Below the pieces are notes generated by a model, which was not told the DNA's origin, did no database searches, and was given only the letters and a program-made list of their open reading frames with translations. 64,000 nucleotides of DNA from the human T2T-CHM13v2.0 reference genome, Homo sapiens: assembly GCF_009914755.1 (NCBI RefSeq), contig NC_060928.1, one strand, 5' to 3'. Both the position numbers and the translations under genes were made by a program. Positions within the stretch are counted from its first letter, which is position 1. The number at the start of each line of letters is the position of its first letter. This document shows positions 27,177-39,535 of this stretch, in pieces.

Positions 27177-27267
27177 AGTTTCAAAATCACAGTAAAAATA
27201 GTATACTTCAGTATACTATCAGTAATAGTAACTTCAGTTCCAAAATCACAGTAAAAATAGTATACTT
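27177..27267. repeat. Direct repeat (27 bp exact, period 59) flanking a patchwork insert
   Basis: caaaatcacagtaaaaatagtatactt at 27182-27208 and 27241-27267. Confidence 0.9.
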
Positions 27268-27299
27268 GCTGTAATATTTCAATGTATACATTTTTCAAA

Positions 27300-30200
27300 T
27301 ATTTTATTATGACGATTTTTCAACATAAAAGTTGAAAGAATTTAACATTCAACACTCCTACATTCATCATCTACAATTAAGCTTTAACATTTAGATAGAT
27401 TTGTTTTATTTACACATCGATCCATTTCTCTCTCCCTATTTCCATCCATTATCCTATTTTCCTTTTGAAGCATTTCAAAGTAAGTTGCAGACATCAAGAG
27501 AGGTAACCCTGAAAATATCAGCATATATGTCTTTAACTAGGTTTTACAATTTGTCTAAAATTATTTTAGGGTAAAATTTACATACAATGAAATGCATCAA
27601 TATTAATTGCACCATTTAATATAAGTTTTGACAAATGAATACAGCTATGTAAACCAAACCCCTGTCAGGGTACATAAATTACCATCAACCCACAAAGCTC
27701 CCTCATGCTCCTTCCCAGTCCATCAGAGCTCCACCCAATCACCAGAAGCAACATCTTTTCTATCATAATTTGTTTTTCCTTATTCTAGATCTTTCTATAC
27801 ATGGGATCATACATAATATACTACTTTGTGCAAAGCTTGTTTAACTCAGCAAAATATTTTTGAGATTCAGTCATGATATTATTAGTTATAACATGCATTT
27901 ATTATTTTTATCCTAAATATTATTGTATTTTATAGCTATACTATATTTTGATTTTTCATCTTCCTATTGACCAACACCTGGTTTGTTGTGAAGCTGCTAA
28001 AATCATTCTTGTAGAAATCTTTTTGTACGTGTTTCTTCATTTTGAGTGTATGTCTAGCAGTAGAATGGTTGGGTCATATAATGGATCTATATGAAGTTTT
28101 GTAAAAAATTTTAAAAATTTTTTCCAAAGTGGTTGTGACATTTTCATTTTTACCAGCAATGTATGAAAATTTTAATTGGCCCTAACCTTGCCAAAATTTG
28201 ATGTTTTCAGTCTTTTTAATTTTAGCCATTCCTAGAAGGTGTGTAATGATATCACAATGTTGCTTTAATGTACCATTCCCTACTTACTTAGTGATGCTGA
28301 ACAGTTTTTATGTGTTTATTATCCACTTATACATCTTAATGTATAAAATGTGTGTTCAAACATTTTTCCCATTTTAAAAGGTTGTTTGTCTTTATAATGT
28401 TTTGCTGTAGGAGTTGTATTTTGTGAGTATTTTGATTCACTGATGATTTGTTTTTGGTAAAGTCAAACATATCATTTTTTCCATATGTCATCATTTGTCC
28501 TGTATCTTATCTACCTATAAGAAAACTTTGCCTAGCTCTATGTCAAATAGACATTCTTCCATATTTTATTCTGAAAATCTTTTGTATAAGCTTCTATGTT
28601 TCGGTCAATAATTCATTTTGAATTATTTTTAGGTATATTGTGAGTTATGGGTGGAGATTCATTTTTTCCATATAAATATAGTTATTTCAGTATCATTCAT
28701 TAAAAATATGTTTTATTTATGGGTAGAGACTCCTCATGACCACTACCACTTCATTCTAGAGAATGAAGATTCTCTAGACTCAGAAAAACCTACTATCTCC
28801 ATGTTTAGTGTCTTTTACAATGAAAAGTTACACATTAAAATTAGCAAATTGTAAAGGTACATGGGATAAAGTCTAGAAGACATGAAGCATGGGCTTCTAG
28901 GTGTCCTCCCACAGTGGAGTCCTATGGATGTGCTTTATTATCCCAGCAATGATGTGTGGCAATACATGTGATGTATTTCCAGTCAGGAAGCTCAATCTTG
29001 CCTTGGTCTTCAGAGGTTTTATTAGGGGTCAGTCACGTAGGCATGCAGCACCTGTATAACTGTCCTCAGCTGTTGAGATTTTAGTTCCTCATACACTTAC
29101 CATAAATCTCATTGTTAACAAAAACTACCCATTTAAACTTGTACTTTGTAATCTAAAGTCTCAGGCTTACAAAAACAGTTGTTCACAATAAAACACATAA
29201 TTAGTGTAAACAGTTTGAACATTATTTTTACCACATGGACGGAGGTGTCAGACATACAGAAGCACTCTTCTCAGGCAGAATATTCCAGAGCCTCGGAGCT
29301 CATTTTTGAGGAGCCAGCCAAGGGCCCACCCTGAAGAAAGATGCTTATGGGAAATATACAGGGTTTGAGCAACCCAGGCATGTGAATTACTCCTTCCCTG
29401 CACATTCATTGGATTGCTTTAATATATTCGTAAAAAATTAAATAACCCCCCCAATATGTGCAAATCTATTTCTGGGCTTCAAATTTTATTCTATGGCTTT
29501 GCTAATCAATCTTTACATCATTGCCATATTATTTTGATTCCTATAGCTTTATAATATTCTTGAAAACATTTATTATAGTTAAACTATGCTATTCTTTTTT
29601 AGAATTGCTTTAAACTATGCTTTTTTTCAGAATTGCTTTGAATATGCTAGAACTTTGTACTTCCATATAAATTGAAATGACACCTTATTACTGTCTTTAT
29701 GTAGTCATTTTTTATAATTTCTATCTCTTTGCTGTGATTTCTTAATTTTTCATTCATTTCAAACATATTTTCCTTTACATCACTCAGCATAATTCCTTTA
29801 AAATCTTTGTTGTGCTAATTCCAACATCTGAGTCATTTTGCTGTCAGTCTCTGTTGATTTTCATTTATCTTGAGAATAAAAAACATTCTTCTTTATTCAT
29901 GTTTTGGAGTAATTTAGGATGCACGTTGGAAATTATGAATATTATCTTTTGGAGATCATGAGTTTTGTAATCTTCTTCTGAATCTTTTATTTCTATTTAG
30001 TCTGTAATGTAATTTACTTGGTTGAAATCACACCTCTGCAAAATCTATCTTTGTGTGGCAGCTGAAGTCTTGCTTCAGTTATTTTATCCTTAGGTGACTT
30101 GCTTGGAGTCAGATCCACAAAGTCATTATTCTAAAAACATGGACACAGTTTATAATTTCAAGTTGGCGACCTTCTCTTTTTCTGGCTCTTTTCCTGTGCA

Positions 30201-30520
30201 GTGTGTATTCTCACTTACTAGCAGCTATGGTTGTCCCAAACTCTCTCTTCTAGTACACCTTTAAAATCAGAAAGACAATGCCCTTTCTATCGCAGTTTTG
30301 GCTACTATCCATGGCATGGTTTAGAACTGCCTTTAGTCTAACAGCTAAAGTAAATGAGAGACTCAGTCAGTGTCATTTTCCCTTTTCTATTGTAGACTAC
30401 TCTTCAGAATATGCTCTTTTAGGGTCATTTCCAGTGCCTTTGGCTGGTCTTTTTTTTTTTCTTTTTACATTTGTTCACAGTTTATATTTATTATCTGTAG
30501 AAAATATTCATATAGATGCT
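27300..30520 (-). mobile_element. Old L1ME fragments (3'UTR, ORF2 and 5' region), interrupted by MER77
   Basis: gcatttcaaagtaagttgcagacatc; gggtaaaatttacatacaatgaaatgca; tagaatggttgggtcatata; ttttccaaagtggttgt; resumes after 29404 with aaatctatttctgggctt. Confidence 0.7.
28720..29404 (-). mobile_element. MER77/MER68-like ERVL solo LTR
   Basis: cccagcaatgatgtgtggcaataca...gaggtttttattaggggtcagtcacgtaggcatgcagcacct...gagccagccaagggccc...gggtttgagcaacccaggc...ccctgcaca. Confidence 0.75.
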
Positions 30521-30949
30521 TATTTGGCCATTACCAGAAACAAAAATTCCTTTGGAGTTGATGACCACAGATGGTGAATAATCTGCTTCGATGGCTGACT
30601 TGTTCAGTAGAAATCTTTATAGATGTCTGGGGAGTGACACTGCATAATCTGTATTACTGAGATTTGAAATATATTCCAGTAAATTTTGTTTTGAAAAAGA
30701 TTTTCTACATGCATATGATGTCCAATCCCACTCAAAAGTCTACTAACATCACAGTAAATGATTACATTGCATAGACATGCATAAACACAAAGGGAAAAGA
30801 GAAGCAACATAAAACAGTTTACAATACAATTTTGCAAAATATGAAGCAGATGGTCAGAGAGTAACTAAGAAAAAGATGTCTAGAGTTAAAGATGTTAACA
30901 AGAAAAATGAACTAAAGTAACTTAAAACTTTCAGACATTGGAGACCCCA

Positions 30950-32680
30950 GTAACTTTTTAAGTGTGAGATAATGGTAGAGCTGAAATAGAGGAGTTACTT
31001 GAAAGTATTTAGAAAGCTAAGTTAGATAATTCTCCATCCCTCCTTCACTCATCCAAGTATCCAGGCACTTACCCTCTTCTAAGAAAAAGAGATGAAGCTT
31101 ACTTTCTGGAGAAGAAAAAAATTAAACCTAAGAGATTCCAAATAACAGTATATCAGGCACAATGTATGTAATAAAAATGAGTCATATTGAAACAAAAGTT
31201 TGAATTAAGCAGAAGCCAACAGAATAAAAAAGAATTCTGTCTTACTATGCTTAACTCTCAGAATGCTGGAAATTAGTTAAGCTAACACACAGACTGAGAT
31301 TGTCAAACCTTACCTAATATCAATGTTTACTAAATATTTGAATAATATAAGAAATTAAAAAGTTCAGATAAGGCAATGAGATGTCTGGAACATCAAAAGT
31401 AGCACCCCAATTCCTTGTCATATTGGTCTATGACACCAGTTCCAGAATAGGTAAGGCCACTATGTGAGATTCACCCACACAGAGGGAACATTAAAATATT
31501 ATGTATCTTTATATCTTGCATCAAATATATTATTCTAAAGATTGAACAAAAAGGAAAAAATATTGGAAAACATTACATACAAACTGATCCAATATCAATA
31601 AAGTGCTCAGAAGTTAAGAACATAGGAAAAAGAGAGAAGATAATAATTTAAAAAAACACAAGAATTTCATTCCTCCTCCAATACACACAAAAAATAAGAT
31701 TACCCTGAAGTCCAATAAAATTAATTTTAAAATACTTATTAATCAGAGCATATTTTCATGGACTTTTAGAATACTAAAATCCATGAATAGAACTTAAAAG
31801 CTCCCCAGAAGATAATGGTAGTGTGACCAAACCTTTATTATAAAGACCATAAGATGGTTATTTTCCTTATTTTCCTTTTATGTTATCCGTTTCATCTTCC
31901 ACGAAAGCTTGCTTGAAAGTAGTCATTTTGGTAAAGGATAGTCACTGGTAATTGATTAACTTCATTCATATGCTAACCTCCAGAACTCCCTGCAAGATTG
32001 ATAAATTTGTTTTTCTTTTAAAGAACAATGCTTCTTACATCATGCAGACCTCGTAGTTGGTGTCTATAACTCTGAAATGAACTGATGAGATCTAGAATCT
32101 GAAGAATGCAATCAGCTTTGATCATTAGGAGATCCCATCTCCCATATTTCTATCTTGCTCATAAAAGCCCTCCTTTATGTTGAAAGGAAGTCAAATTTGA
32201 GTGACCATCTCTCCTACTCTCTAACTTTTGCCAAATTGAATAAACCTTTCTCTGCTCCTAGGTGCTGATGTGTCAGTGATGGGTTTACTGTGCATTGGGT
32301 ACACAAACCTACATTTGGAGTTGTTTGATAACAGTAGGACAAATATAAAGGATCAGTGATAGAAACTAGAACTTTAATAATGATAGATTGAAGACCATGG
32401 AGTGACAACTTAAAATTCGGATTAAAAAAATCTATATGCAACTCCATATCAATCAAGTCATTGAGTAGAATAGTATTATCAGATACTAAGATAAAAATTA
32501 ATTTTTCTGAAGAAGCAACATAACTACAGAATATGATCTATAAAAAGGAAGGAATCAACCAAAAATATTTAGAAATATAAAATCAGGTATCCAGAAATTT
32601 TGTACCTAATCATGACAGAGATAAAGGAATTCCAAGGACGATGATGAGGGAAGTAATTAATAGTAAAGATGAAAATAAAT
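30950..32680 (+). mobile_element. HAL1 / old L1M ORF1-region remnant; continues at ~38550-38870 beyond the L1PA13
   Basis: gataaaggaattccaaggacgatgatgagggaag (~32620-32655) and gagcataccagtgcagactggaa (~38555) resemble adjacent HAL1 consensus segments split by the younger L1. Confidence 0.55.
31822..32333 (+). mobile_element. ERV1-class solo LTR (subfamily not assigned)
   Basis: TG...CA termini, exact 4-bp TSD gtag (31818-31821 / 32334-32337), TATA-like cataaaag at ~32160, aataaa at ~32239 and a GT-rich U5. Confidence 0.8.
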
Positions 32681-32681
32681 A

Positions 32682-35600
32682 GTAACCTATCACGCCAGCT
32701 TACAGGGCAGTCTTGGGCACCCTGGGGGCCCACAGCATAGTTTCCATGCAGGTGTACCATGCCTGACCAGTAGAGAGTGCCAGAAAGATGGCCTCTGTGG
32801 CACGCACCAGCCTGCATGTTTCCTCCTTATACTGCAACTTCCCCCAAGCCCACTGCAACTCCCCACATCACTTTGCTTAGCTAAAGTTGCTCAGAGAACA
32901 GGTCATCCTCTCACATCTGGAGCAATCACTACTGCTTGTGGGTCACAGAGAAGGCACATGGTCCTGTGCTGGCCAATACCCTGCTGCAAACTCAAACCAC
33001 TTCCACTGTAATAGCACACACAGTCTCCAAAACTCTCTTGCTTCCACCACTGTGGTAACTGCCTACAGGGAGACAGGCACCCCTGCATTTCTTAGCATTC
33101 AGCTACAGCTGCTGCATGTTGGTTCTCCAGCACAGTTAACTCCAAATCTCAAGGAGCCAGAGAACAAAGTTGGTGCCCAATACAAGTCCCCCAGAGTTAG
33201 AGAACACAGTCTAGGAGTTGGAAGCTGAACAAAGGTCCCCTAAAATCTTCCAGAAGCAAAGCTAGGCGGCTGAACCTACCTTATACCACAATCAAACCCT
33301 CCAGGTCAACAAATAGAAAAAAGAAAGGAAAAAAAAAATCTGAAAGTCAATAGCTTCAAAGATTGAAGGTAGATAAGCCAACAAAGATGAGAAAAAAATC
33401 AGCACAAGAATGCTGAAAACTCAAACGTTTCTGAAAACCTTCTTTTCTCCAAATGACCATATCATCTCTCCTGCAAGAGTTCAGAACTGGACTGAGGCTG
33501 AAACAGCTGAAATAACAGAAGTAGAATTCACAATATGGGTAGAAATGAAGCTCATTGAGCTACAGTAGTATGTTGTAACCTAGTGCAAGGAAGCTAAAAA
33601 TCATGATGAAACATTACAAGAGCTGACAGACAAAAGAGCTAGTATGGAGAAGAACATAACCAACTTGATAGAGCTGAAAAATACACTACAAGGATTTCAT
33701 AAAGCAATCACAAGTATTAATAACAGAATAGACCAAGTGGAGAAAAAAAACTTAAGGCTTGAAGACCATCTTTTTAAAATAAGACAGGCATATGAGAATA
33801 GAGAAAAAAAAGAATGAAAAAGAATGAATGAAACCTCCAAGAAATATGGGATTATGTAAAGACACCAAATCTATGACTGATTGGTGTACCTAAAAGAGAT
33901 GGGGAGAATGGAACCAACTTGTGAAACATATTTCAGAATGTCATCCATGAGAATTTTCTCAACCCAACATTCAAAGTCAGGAAATGCAGAGAACCCCAAT
34001 AAGATACTCTGAAAGAAGATCATCCCCAAAACACATAATCATCAGATTCTCCAAGGTCAAAATTGTAGAAAAAAATGTTGAAAATAATTAGAAAGAAAGG
34101 GCAGGCCACCTACAAAGGGAAGCCCATCAGACTAACAGTGAACCCCTCAGCTGAAACCCTACAAGCCAGAAGAGATTGGGAGCCAATATTTAACATTGTT
34201 AAAGAAAAGAAATTCCAACCCTGAATTTTATATCTGGCCAAACTAGGTTTCATAAATAAAGGAGAAATGAGATCCTTTTCAAACAAGCAAATGTTGAGGG
34301 AATTTGTTTCTACCAGACCTGCCTTAAAGAGCTCTTGAAGGAAGCACTAATTAGGGAAATGAAAGACCATTGCCAGCTACTACAAAAGCACACTGAAATA
34401 CACTATAAAGCAACCACATAAACAAGTCTGCAAAATAACCAGCTAACATGATGACAGGATAAAATCCACACATATCAATACTAATCCTGAATGTAAATGG
34501 GTTAACTGCTTCAATTAAAAGTCACAGAGTGGCAGGCTGGATAAAGAACCAAGACCCATTGGTATGGTGTCTTCAAGAGGCCCATCTCACAGGCAATAAA
34601 ACACATAGGTTCAAAATAAAGGAATGGAGACAAACCTACAAAGCAAATGAAAAACAGATAAAAGCAGGGGTTACAATCCTTGTTTCTGACAAAATAGACC
34701 TTAAACCAACAAAGATTTTAAAAAGACAAAGAAGGGTAATGCATTTATATAATGGTAAAAGTTTCAATTTTGTTGTTGGTTTTTTTTAGCTTTACATAAT
34801 GGTAAAGGCTTCAATTCACCAAAAAAAATCTAACTAACCTAAATATATATACACCCAACACAGGAGCACCCAGATTCATAAAGCAAGTTCCTAGAGACCT
34901 TTAAAGGCACTTAGACTCCAACATAATAATAGTGGGAGATTTTAACACCCCACTGACAATATTAGACAGATCATTGAGAAAGAAAATAAACAAAGATATT
35001 TAGGACCTGAACTTAGCACTGGATCAACTGGATCTGTTAGTCATCCACAGAACTCATCACCCAAATACAAGAGAATATATATTTTTCCCATCACCACATG
35101 GCACATACTCTAAAATTCATCAAATTATTGGAAAGTAAACATTCCTCACCAAATGCAAAAAAAAAAAAAAACTGAAATCATAACAAAGTATCTCAGATTA
35201 CACCACAATCAAATTCAGAATTAAGATTAAGAAATTCACTCAAAATTATACAATTACATGGAAATTGAATAAACTGGTCCCAAATGACTTTTGAGTAAAT
35301 AACAAAATTAAGGCAGAAATGAAAAAGTACTTTGAATCTAATGAGAACAACAATACAACATACCAGAAACTCTGGAACACAGTGAAAGCAGTGTTGAGGA
35401 AAATTTATAGCACTAAAAGCCCCCATCAAAAATTAGAAAGATCTCAAGTTAATAACCCAAGATCACAACTAAAAGACCTAGAGAACCAAGAGCAAACAAA
35501 GCCCAAAGTTAGTTAGCAGAGGGCAAGTAACAAGCAAAATCAGAACTAAACTGAAGGAGATAGAGACACACAAAAAAATTCAAAAAATCAATGAAATCAG

Positions 35601-38535
35601 GACCTGTATTTAAAAAAAAAATTAACAAAACAGAGGAACAGCTAGACTAATAAAGAAGAGCGAAGATTCAAATAAACACTATCAGAAGTGACAAAGGGGA
35701 TATATTACCACTGACCCTGCAGAAATACAAGCAACCATCAGAGGATATTAAGAATATCTCTATGCACATAAAATACAAAACATAAGGAGTGTATCAATTC
35801 TTAGACACATACACCCTCCCAAGACTGAACCAGGAAGAAATTGAATCCCTGAACAGAGAAATAACAAGCTTTGAAATTGAGGCTGTAAAAAATAGCCTAC
35901 CCACCAAAAAAAAAAAAAGAAAAGAAAAGAAAAAGCCCAGACTCACAGATGAATTCTACTAAAGAAGAGTTGGTACCATTCCTACTGAAACTATTCCAAA
36001 AAGTTGAGGAGAATGGACTCCCCCCTAACTGATTCTGTGGCCAACATCATTCCGATACCAAAAACCTGGCAGAGATACAACAACAAAGAAAACTTCAGGC
36101 CAATATCCTTGATGAACATTGATGTAAAAATACTCAACAAAATACTAGCAAACCAAATCCAGCAGCAGATCTAAAAGCTTATCCACCATTATCAATTAGG
36201 CTTTATCCCTGGGATACAAGGCTAGTTCAACATACCAAGTCAACAAATGTGATTCATCACATAAACAGAACTAAAGACAAAAAACACATAATTATCTCAA
36301 TAGATGTAGAATAGCCTTTTGATAAAATTAACCACGGCTTCATGTTAAAAACTCTTAATAAAGAAAATGTTGAAGGAACATACCTCAAAATAATAAGAGC
36401 TGTATATGACAAACCCATAGCCAACGTCATACTGAATGGGGAAAAGCTAAAGCATTCTTTTGAAAACCAGCACAAAACAAGGATATTCACTCTCAATATT
36501 CCTCTTCAACAGAGTATTGGAAGTTTTGGTCAAGGCACTTAGGCAAGAGAAATAAATAAATGGTATTAGTATAGGAAGAGAGAAATTCAAACTATCTTTT
36601 GCAGATGACATGATTCTGTATATAGAAAACACTATAATCTCAGCCCCAAAGCTTCTTAAGCTGATCAACAACTTAAGCAAAGTCTCAGGATACAAAATCA
36701 ATGTGCAAAAATCACTAGCATTTCTATACACCAACAACAGTCAAGCTGAGAGCCAAATCAGAAATAAACTCCCATTCACAATTGCCATAAAAAGAATAAA
36801 TACCTAGGAATACAGGTAACTAGAAATGTAAAAGATTTCTACAAGAAGAACTACAAACCACTGCTCAATAAAATCAGAGATCACATCTTTGATTTGGAAA
36901 ACATCTCATGCTCATGGATAGGAATAATCAATATCATTAAAATAGCCATACTGCCCAAAGTAATTCATAAATTCAACGCTATGCTTCTTAAACTATCATT
37001 GACATTCTTCACAGACTAGAAAAAACTATTTAAAAATTCATATGGAACCCAAATGTAGCCTGAATAGCCAAGGCAATCCTAAACAAAAAGAACAAAGCCA
37101 GATGCGTCACGTTTCCCAACTTCAAACTATACCACAAGGCTGCAGTAACCAAAACAGCATGGTACTGTTACAAGCAGATACATAGAACAATGGAACAGAA
37201 TAGAGAACCCAGAAATAAGACCACACACCTACAATTATCTGATCTTCAACCTGACAAAAACAATCAATGGGGAACGGACTTCCTATTCAATAAGCGGTGC
37301 TGGGATAACTGGCTAGCCATATGCAGATGAAAACCAAACCCCTTTCTTACACCATACACAAAAATTAATTCAAGGTAGTTTAAGACTCAATGTAAAACCC
37401 AAAACTATTAGAACCCTGGAGGACAATCTAGTCAATACCATTCAGGACATAGTCACGGGCAAAGATTTCACAATGAAGATGCCAGAAGCAATTGCAACAA
37501 AAGCAAAAATTAGCAAATGGTGTGATCAAATTAAACTAAAGAGCTTCTGCACAGCAAAAGCAACTATCATCAGTGTGAACAGACAGCCTACAGAATGGGA
37601 GAAAATTTTTGCAAACTATGCATCTGACAAAGATCTAATATACAACATCTATAAGGAACATAAACAAATATACATGAAAAAGATGAATAACCCTATAAAA
37701 AGGTGGGTAAAGGACATGAACAGACACTTTTCAGAAGAAGACATACCTGCGACCAACAATCATATGAAAAAAAGCTCAACATCACTGATCATTAGAGAAA
37801 TATAAATCAAAACCACACCGTGATACCATCTAACACCAGGCGGAATGGCTGTTATTCAAAAGTCATAAAATAACAGATGCTGGTGAGGTTGTGGAGAAAA
37901 AGGAATTATACCCTGTTGATGGAAGGTGTAAATTAGCTCAACCATTGTGGAAGACAGTGTGGCAATTCCTCAAAGACCTAAAGACAGAAATACCATTTAA
38001 CACAGCAATCTCATTACTGAATATATACCCAAAGGAATATAAATTATTCTACTATAAAGACACAGGTAGGCAAATGTTCATTGCAACACACTTCACAAAA
38101 GCAAAGACATGGAACCGACCTAAATGCCCATCAATAACAGACTGGATAAAGAAAATGTGGTACATATACACCATTGAATACTATACAGCCAAAAAATAAG
38201 AACAAGATCATGTCCTTTGCCTTTTCAGGGACTTGGATGGAGCTGGAGGCTGTTATCCTTAGCAAATGAAGATAAGAACAGAAAATCAAATACCGCATGT
38301 TATCACTTATAAGTAAAAGCAAAATGATGACAACACATGGACACTTAGAGGAGAACAACATGCACTAGGGCCTATCGGAAGGTGGAGGATGCAAGGAGGG
38401 AGATGATCAGAAAAAATAACTAATGATACTAGGTTTAATACCTAGGTGATAATCTGTACAACAAACCCACATGACATAAGTTTACCTATGTAACAAAACT
38501 GCACATGTGTCCCTGAACTTAAAATAAAGGTTAAA
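32682..38535 (+). mobile_element. Near full-length decayed L1 (L1PA13-like): 5'UTR, ORF1 from ~33388, ORF2 from ~34448, 3'UTR
   Basis: ORF fragments match L1 ORF2: EN (WIKNQDPLVWCLQEAHL), RT (FADD at ~36598-36609; [12 protein letters not shown]) and C-terminal (QPLWKTVWQFLKDL). The 3'UTR gatcagaaaaaataactaatg...cctgaacttaaaataaa is L1PA12-14 type. Many stops and frameshifts. Confidence 0.92.
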
Positions 38536-38984
38536 CACATTTTTTTAAAGTAGTGAGCATACCAGTGCAGACTGGAATAAGATAACAAAACTCTTAAAGG
38601 GAGAAGAGGGACAATTCAGGAAATGACTCAAGAAAAGCAATTTAGTAAGAATAGTAATTAAGTAGTGAAAATAATAAGAAAGCAAAAAGCAAAATATCAA
38701 ATAACTTCAGGAGATGCAAAATGTGGCAGAAGAATAAAGTGAAAGCATATTACACTATGTAGCTGTGTCTTGTCTAAATTAGTATTTCCATATTCATACA
38801 TTTTATTAAAATTACCTCATTGGTCACAATATTGACTAAACCAAAATAGGGACAAAGACAATCGTGGTATTAGAATTTGGGAGGGGTGGTGTATCCGTGT
38901 GTGTGTGCATCTGTGTGTGTATTGTGTGTGTTCCCTAATCCACTCATATCAAAGTTCACTTTTGTGGATTTGAGTACATATGGC

Positions 38985-39175
38985 TTTCTTCACAGCTTCT
39001 TTATCACAGCTATTACAACATATTCTAGCTATGTATTGATATGTGTATCACCCTCAGTAGATGTAAATCCTCTGAACAACAGAATTTGTCAATTATCCTT
39101 GCATATTCCATGTAGAGCAGATAATCTTTCTTATAATGATTCTAAAGGAATGCTAAAGATGTGTGACTGAATGAA
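38985..39175 (+). mobile_element. L2 3' end
   Basis: ttatcacagctattacaac...tagatgtaaatcctctgaacaacagaa...gactgaatgaa tail. Confidence 0.55.
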
Positions 39176-39458
39176 CACATTAATGTTTTTGATTATTTTT
39201 GCCCTAACTTGTTTGTTCAAAACAAAATTGGAATCATATTATGAAACCTTATATCTGCAATAGGTGTGCATAATTAATATTCACTCCTAAATAGATTAGT
39301 GAATTTGTACATTCTTCAAAATAACAATGACATGAGCAATTACAAAATCCTGGATAAAGCTGACTTTGAAATTTAAAAAAGTTGAAATATTTCTGCAATA
39401 TTTTTATTTGAAAGAAGATTCTAATATAGTATTTCCCCTTCCTCCTTCACACAGAAAT

Positions 39459-39535
39459 ATAGATTAGACAGACAAGTGATAGATAGGTGGACAGATAGAT
39501 AGATAGATGGATAGGTAGATGATATGTAGATGATA
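39459..39535. repeat. Degenerate (TAGA)n microsatellite
   Basis: agatagatagatagatggataggtagatga. Confidence 0.8.

Noticed and set aside
19391-27267. CRISPR-like repeat-spacer arrays
   Set aside because: Each repeat has only two copies, there are no cas genes, and the context is a primate genome.
29578-29648. ~30-bp imperfect tandem repeat (also the 15-bp duplication at ~42515-42545)
   Set aside because: Ordinary slippage duplications in decayed L1 or AT-rich sequence.
30057-30070. 14-mer ggcagctgaagtct shared with the 25710 hairpin arm (also the 12-mer tagggcatctga at 59473-59484)
   Set aside because: Short matches without extension; the first lies in old L1 sequence. Not distinguishable from chance without computation.
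33388-38300. Active L1 ORF1/ORF2
   Set aside because: Many stops, frameshifts and deletions; only fragments of about 110 aa or less remain.
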